From Phyllobates terribilis (Eukaryota): 64,000 bases of DNA. Position 1 is the first letter of the stretch. Every line of letters begins with the position of its first letter. The notes under the pieces were generated by a model, which was not told the DNA's origin, did not search any database, and saw only the letters and a list, made by a program, of their open reading frames with translations. A program made the translations under genes and the position numbers. Location of the stretch: positions 317,068,001 to 317,132,000 of the forward strand of contig NW_027362767.1 of the NCBI RefSeq assembly GCF_046119375.1, written 5' to 3'. Positions 59,801 to 64,000 of the stretch are shown here, one piece after another.

Positions 59801-62779
59801 GATGGCTTCGGTCCCCACGCTGTCTGCCAAGTTCTGCTGGAGGTGTTCGGTGGTGCAGGGTCTCCGCTGACATTTGTGGAAGCCAGAGCCCCGCACCTTC
59901 CATACTGTCCTATGCGGTGGACTCCGGGAAAATGGCCACCGGTGGCGGCGCATGCTGAGATTGAGATCTTGTAAACCGTTTTTAAACCTGACTGTTTCTA
60001 AACCTTCCAGACTGTTTTGTTTGCATTCTGAACATTGTTTGTGAATTATATTTAATTTTTTTTGTTGTTGTTGTTAGAAACCAAATATTTCTATATGCGT
60101 TTAGTACTGTTAGACACTAAATGTAGTATTTTGTGTATAATCTGGTTTAGGTTTCCCAATTCAGTCAGGTGTACAGAACTCGTCCACAACAATGAATGTG
60201 GATTTTGATGCCGTTTTTGGAACAAAGACTTCTGCACATGAAAGTAACGAAACATCAGGTACGCCTTATATTGCCTGCATTTTCGGAGGTACAGAAAAGA
60301 GTATAAAACAAATCTGTTGGCTGAAAAATGCATGTATTACTTTCTCATATTCCTGCTCCTGCTTGGATGCATGTGTAATCAACGACTGAAATGACCTCTA
60401 CATATGTACAGCGTGAATAATCCTATGTGTTGTGTAGCTGAGGGAAGACTAATCATATGCATGTATGCAATGATCTCCATATCTGTATACAAATGTGTCT
60501 AATAACTGGTAATGTAATGCATTGGGGCTAAATGACTATAATACTCAAAACCCTCAAGCTGTTAAAAGAAGGGATTTGTCCATTCTTTAGGCATCTTCTC
60601 TCTGTGAAAGTGTAGAATAAAGGAAGTCAATGTATTCCTGAAGCGACTTCGCCTTTAAAAACTCAGTGTGCTGGCACCTGAAGGACACTGTGTGCGCACA
60701 CCCTAAGCAAGTGTTGCTTTACTTTTATTAAGGCCAGTCCTGCTCTTGGCAAAAAGTATACCACATTTACAAGAACTTCTCATATGTGAAGTGCACACAC
60801 ATGAAACCAAGCACAGTAAAATTAATGGATTATGGTTGACTGTTAAGTCACTTCAGCATCATAGATCATTTTAAGGAATGATTACCCCAGCAATAATCAT
60901 TACAACTTTATCTTTATCTATGTTTTATGCCTCTGGGATGTTGAATTGCGTGTACTCCCTTTTACAGCACTAATTCTCTTTTCTCTCTTTATTGCATGCT
61001 TGCTCATGCTCACCCGTCCATATCTCTGGTGAGTTATTAGATATTGCTTTTTTGTTCATAATAAGGACTAACATTGCTTTTGTGTTTATTGTACAATTAC
61101 TCCACTTGAAATGTATAACCCAAATCACCAGTTTAGAGATGTGCCATGCGTTGCTAAAAATGTATTTACCGTATTTTTCGGACTATAAGACGCACTTTTT
61201 TCCTCCAAAGTTTTGGAGGAAAGTGGAGGATGCGTCTTATAGTCTGAATACTATATTGTATGGTGGTGGATGTGGGTGAGCGGCAGCGGGGGATCAGTGG
61301 GGCACAGGAGGCAGTTGACGCCTGCTGCAGCCTAGCTGTGCCCGCTACTAAAGAAAATGAATATTCCCTGCTCCCCACGCCCACGGGCGTAGAGAGCAAT
61401 GAATATTCATTTCTCTTAATAGCCGGCACACTGGAGCCGCAGCGCGGCTCCTGCTGCGCTCTGCAGTCAGTGTGCCCGCTATTAAAGCTCATGAATATTC
61501 ACTACAATGGGTTGTAGTGAATATCCATGGTCTTTAATAGCAGGCACACTGACCACAGAGTGGCAGCAGGAGCCGCGCTGCGGTACAGTGTGCCGGCTAA
61601 TGAAGAGACTGAATGGTCACTGCTCCCCATGCACAGAGTCCCGGCGTGGGGAGCAGTGACTATTCCAGCACAGTGTCTCACACTGTGTGAGGGCACATGT
61701 CACTGTGTGAGAGTGTCAGCAGCCGAGCGGGACAGCGCTGGAGGAGAGAGGAGGTGAGTATGATTGTTTTTTTTTGTAGGCAGCGTGATGGGGGCTCAGA
61801 GGGGTGCCATGCATACCAGGATGGGGGCTCAGAGGGTGCCATACATACCAGGATGGGGGCTGAGAGGGGTGCTATGCATACCAGGATTGGATGGGGGCCA
61901 CTTATACCAGGAAGGAGCGGCCATACATACCAGGATGGAGGATATTAACAGAATTGGGGGACATTACCCCAATACCAGTGTCAGCAGCAGACCCCCTCCC
62001 CCATAACAGGGCATCATGACCACATTTTTTGCTTAAATTTTTTGTTTCCTATTTTCCTTCTTTAAAACCTAGGTGCTTCTTATGGTCCGGTGTGTCTTAT
62101 AGTCCGAAAAATACGGTAATTCTTTTTTTTTCTAGGCAGGCAGAAGCACAATGCATAGTGTAAACTGAGTATTTCCTATATGAAGGAGGTCACTTCTCCC
62201 ATATTTTATTAAATATGTATTTGATATAAATGGGATCAGTTGTCATACACTGGGACAATAGTGACTGACGTTCTCCCTAATGTAAGATGTTTCAGGATAC
62301 ATTACTGTTAAAGGTCTTGAGACGAGCTATAATTTTAAAATATCTATCCGATAGTGCTCATATATTTTGCTGATTTATAAAGTGAAATAAGTGGGGAACA
62401 TTTTTTTGTTTTTGATGTTTTAAAGGTATAATATTATGCGGGGTAATCTAATGACCCTTCGATAATATTATGCGTTGTAATATAGTGGCCCTTCTATTTT
62501 ACTTATTTTGGTCTGTTTTTGCTTCCTTAGTTATCTACTTCACAGATGATGTATTGCAACCGACTATCTCACAGCAAATTCAAAGGTCTGTGGCTGCTGG
62601 AACGCAGAGTGGGAAATTAATGGCAAATGATCTTGATTCTTCACTTGCAAACCTGGTCGGAAGTAAGTGATTAATGGCAGTCTGTTATAGATGGGTCATA
62701 TTTCTTTCTTGGATGCTTTTCCTCACAAAATGTTGTATTGCTTTTCAGATCTTGGTTTTGGAGGAACACCATCAAAAAG
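32813..62779 (+). CDS. picalml: PICALM-family ANTH-domain clathrin assembly protein, probably the picalm-like paralog. 16 coding exons, 1658 nt CDS in the window, 3' end outside
   Basis: Spliced frame is continuous: [55 protein letters not shown]. All introns GT-AG. Family is certain; paralog assignment is from recalled sequences. Confidence 0.85.
32997..34393. repeat. Two-unit minisatellite (33-bp A x29, 19-bp B x22)
   Basis: A=acctgtgtgtacagataatgcatctatacactg, B=acctgtgtgtacaatatac; parsed unit by unit. Confidence 0.95.
35450..35678. repeat. 41-bp GC-rich tandem repeat x~5.6 inside a TTAA-type MITE (~35330-35827)
   Basis: Unit gtgaccgctgaggccaccggctgtgcacaagcagccggcgc. Confidence 0.9.
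36201..36405. repeat. 40-bp tandem repeat x5
   Basis: Unit agatgagcctacagggggctgtgcaatgattatgggttat. Confidence 0.92.
36860..37621 (-). mobile_element. Tc1 deletion derivative (762 bp), same family as 10566-11871
   Basis: TA TSD; matching TIRs; transposase start (MGKTADLT) and central fragment on the minus strand. Confidence 0.9.
40576..40718 (+). CDS. picalml: exon 2 (143 nt) YLIQCTNE...MMYGNE
   Basis: cag|AT ... GAG|gtaaga. Confidence 0.96.
41743..41818 (+). CDS. picalml: exon 3 (76 nt) [10 protein letters not shown]...KGAMQ
   Basis: aag|CGA ... CAAG|gtaaat. Confidence 0.95.
42344..42446 (+). CDS. picalml: exon 4 (103 nt) [11 protein letters not shown]...KMKR
   Basis: cag|GC ... GG|gtacgt. 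Confidence 0.95.
42532..42625 (+). CDS. picalml: exon 5 (94 nt) GIDGVMRT...LLDFD
   Basis: tag|G ... GAT|gtaggt; preceding intron 85 nt. Confidence 0.95.
42706..42817 (+). CDS. picalml: exon 6 (112 nt) ANPNELTNG...VINLL
   Basis: tag|GCA ... TTAG|gtatgt; preceding intron 80 nt. Confidence 0.95.
43145..45062. mobile_element. Non-autonomous TTAA-flanked (piggyBac-like) element in intron 6, degenerate
   Basis: ttaa|cgccttaatgac start and ...aggagggg|tcaa end; internal sequence resembles the 27-31 kb repeat. Confidence 0.35.
46860..46966 (+). CDS. picalml: exon 7 (107 nt) [11 protein letters not shown]...LKVAE
   Basis: cag|AG ... GAG|gtcagt. Confidence 0.95.
47570..47611 (+). CDS. picalml: exon 8 (42 nt) [14 protein letters not shown]
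   Basis: cag|CAA ... CAG|gtcagt. Confidence 0.94.
47836..47877. repeat. (TG)21 microsatellite inside a MITE arm
   Basis: Counted directly. Confidence 0.95.
50166..50715. mobile_element. TTAA-flanked palindromic MITE, same family as 10009-10488
   Basis: TTAA on both sides; inverted arms; internal 31-bp x3 repeat at ~50481-50575. Confidence 0.85.
51943..52687. mobile_element. TTAA-flanked palindromic MITE (745 bp)
   Basis: ttaa|agggaatctgtcac ... gtgacagattccct|ttaa; long inverted arms. Confidence 0.85.
53376..53461 (+). CDS. picalml: exon 9 (86 nt) [12 protein letters not shown]...SAAS
   Basis: cag|GCA ... CG|gtgagt. Confidence 0.95.
53724..53847 (+). CDS. picalml: exon 10 (124 nt) RASTLSSAV...RLQALK
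   Basis: cag|A ... AAG|gtataa. Confidence 0.95.
54014..54288 (-). mobile_element. tRNA-derived SINE with an L2-type 3' tail
   Basis: A box TGGCTCAGTGG, B box GGTTCAAATCCC, central ggtttcctccggg domain, A-rich tail. Confidence 0.9.
54513..55228 (-). mobile_element. Tc1-superfamily fragment (one TIR plus catalytic domain), reconstructed DD35E spacing
   Basis: TA|CAGTCAAGGCCAAAAGTTTTGAG; minus-strand QHDG...[11 protein letters not shown] with a frameshift and a stop. Confidence 0.75.
55391..55527 (+). CDS. picalml: exon 11 (137 nt) EQRLREIS...[12 protein letters not shown]
   Basis: cag|GAA ... AG|gtaagt. Confidence 0.93.
55545..57186 (+). mobile_element. Full-length Tc1 (DD34E) transposon, 1642 bp
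   Basis: TA TSD (55543-44, 57187-88); ~230-bp TIRs starting CAGTTAGGTCCATATATATTT. Confidence 0.95.
55897..56935 (+). pseudogene. Tc1 transposase with one +1 frameshift and one premature stop
   Basis: HTH MRSKELS...; [20 protein letters not shown] (34 aa between D and E); extra A in run 56299-56305; TAG at 56894-56896; native stop 56933-56935. Confidence 0.9.
57365..57732. mobile_element. TTA-flanked palindromic MITE (PIF/Harbinger-like)
   Basis: tta|GGGTGCTTTCACAT ... ATGTGAAGCACCC|tta. Confidence 0.8.
57736..58620. mobile_element. TTA-flanked palindromic MITE abutting the previous one
   Basis: tta|GGCTGTGTGCCCACGATGC ... GCATCGTGGGCACATAGCC|tta. Confidence 0.8.
58743..58846 (+). CDS. picalml: exon 12 (104 nt) [14 protein letters not shown]...STWG
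   Basis: cag|C ... GAG|gtaagc. Confidence 0.92.
59341..59484 (+). CDS. picalml: exon 13 (144 nt; alternative in-frame acceptor at 59314) GPFSSSNG...LDIFDMQP...GLVS
   Basis: cag|GG ... AGTG|gtaaat; phase 1-1. Confidence 0.8.
59587..59965. mobile_element. Truncated pogo/Tigger-like MITE with a 19-bp tandem repeat x5.6 (59692-59798)
   Basis: ta|ccatattttgcggattataagatgcacc; unit ggcaggagtcgccggctga. Confidence 0.65.
60151..60258 (+). CDS. picalml: exon 14 (108 nt) GFPIQSG...NVDFDAVFG...NETS
   Basis: tag|GT ... CAG|gtacgc; phase 1-1. Confidence 0.9.
61169..62116. mobile_element. pogo/Tigger-like MITE, same family as 27695-28878, shorter VNTR
   Basis: Same TIRs, TA TSD and internal ggtgccatgcataccaggat units (~5). 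Confidence 0.85.
62546..62662 (+). CDS. picalml: exon 15 (117 nt; alternative in-frame acceptor at 62531 gives 132 nt) DDVLQPT...[12 protein letters not shown]
   Basis: cag|AT ... GAA|gtaagt. Confidence 0.88.
62749..62779 (+). CDS. picalml: exon 16 (31 nt) [10 protein letters not shown]
   Basis: cag|AT ... AG|gtgcgt; preceding intron 86 nt. Confidence 0.88.
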
Positions 62780-63343
62780 GTGCGTGGAATAATTTGAATA
62801 ATTTCCTGGCCCCAGTCCACAGCATTGACCTTAGAGCACTGATGTTTAAATATTCTATATAGATCATTTTTATAGAAATCTGTGGACGACCTAATTCATC
62901 TCTTTTTTTTTTTTTTTTAACCTTTTATCTTACTTGATTAAATAGAGGTAATGGGGTTATCAGACTTGGAAAAAATGTTTCAAAAGGCAGGGAATGTTAA
63001 AAAAACAACCCAAAAAAACAACAAAAACAATCACAATGACTTTGTTCCAGTCACATGACCGCTGTAGCCAATCACAGGTCTTCGTGGTCAAGTGACCAAA
63101 AACAAGTAGTCATCTCTTGGTGTCCCAGTGGTTACCACCAGAGAAGGTATCCTTTTATTTTATCTTATCATATCATATTCCCTGCATTTGAAAAAAAAAA
63201 AATAAATTGTACGTCTGACAACCCCTTTTGTACTCTTTTTGCCCAGAAGTTTTATGTCAGTCAGGGCCTAACATGGGCTACAATGACTGCCCTCTTAGGC
63301 TTCCTCTTAGATAATAGATTTATGGACCAGACTAGCACATATA

Positions 63344-64000
63344 CAACCCCACTTCCAAAAAATGTAAAGAAAACAAGAATGCAGTGATTTGGAAATGTCT
63401 TGTAACCAATTTTGAAGAAAAAATCCTAATTTTAGAGATTGATGGCAGCAACACACTTCTCAAAATAGTAGGGACTGAGCCATGTCTACCTTCATGCAGC
63501 ATGCCATCTTCTTTTTACAAAAGTCTGTAACCGTCTGGGAAGTGATGAGACGATTGCTGGAGTTTTGGGAGAGGAAAGTTGTTCCATTCTTGTCTTTGCT
63601 GCTACACGATTCGGGGTCTTTGTGCCAAATGTTTTCTATTGGTGAACGATCTGGACTTGAGGAGACCTGATCATCACCCGAACTTTTCTGTGGAGCCATG
63701 CTGCTGTGATGGATGCAGCATACATGATTTAGCATTGTCAGGCTGAGATATGCAAGGTCTTCCCTGAAACAGACATTGTCTGGATGGAGCATATGTTACT
63801 CTAAAACATCTATATACGGTAATGCTCAGCATTCATTGTGCCTTTCAAGATGTGTAAGCTGCCCATGCCATCAGAGATGCAGACTTATGATCTGTGCTCT
63901 GATAAGCTGGATGGTCCCTCTCCTCTTCAGTCCCCTAGATGAGACATCTGCAATTTTTCCATAAAGAATTTAAAATTTGATTCACCTGACCACAGAAAAA
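63344..64000 (-). mobile_element. Tc1-like element, decayed, runs off the window
   Basis: TA|CAACCCCACTTCCAAAAAATG TIR; minus-strand SPDRSPIENIW motif. Confidence 0.75.

Overview
Vertebrate genomic DNA, most likely a frog (inferred from the repeat families and the protein). The left half (1-32 kb) is intergenic and packed with transposons. It holds two related chromodomain Ty3/Gypsy (sushi/Tf1-type) LTR retrotransposons: a decayed minus-strand copy A (1104-8541) with a nested 1.9-kb solo LTR, and an apparently intact plus-strand copy B (12789-19124). Each sits inside a palindromic MITE. Also present are a second solo LTR, Tc1 relics, an L2 LINE, and a Penelope-like insert with a minimal hammerhead ribozyme flanked by a perfect 138-bp duplication. 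The right half holds 16 coding exons (32813-62779, all GT-AG introns, frame continuous, gene runs off the window) of a PICALM-family ANTH-domain clathrin adaptor, probably the picalm-like paralog. Its introns are filled with MITEs, Tc1 elements, a SINE and minisatellites. The strongest signals are RNA-structural and are supported by compensatory base changes between A and B: a tRNA-independent self-priming duplex (transcript 5' end paired to the PBS), a GGGAAAC -1 frameshift pseudoknot, and a U3 hairpin. All alignments and folds were done by eye; no database searches were run.
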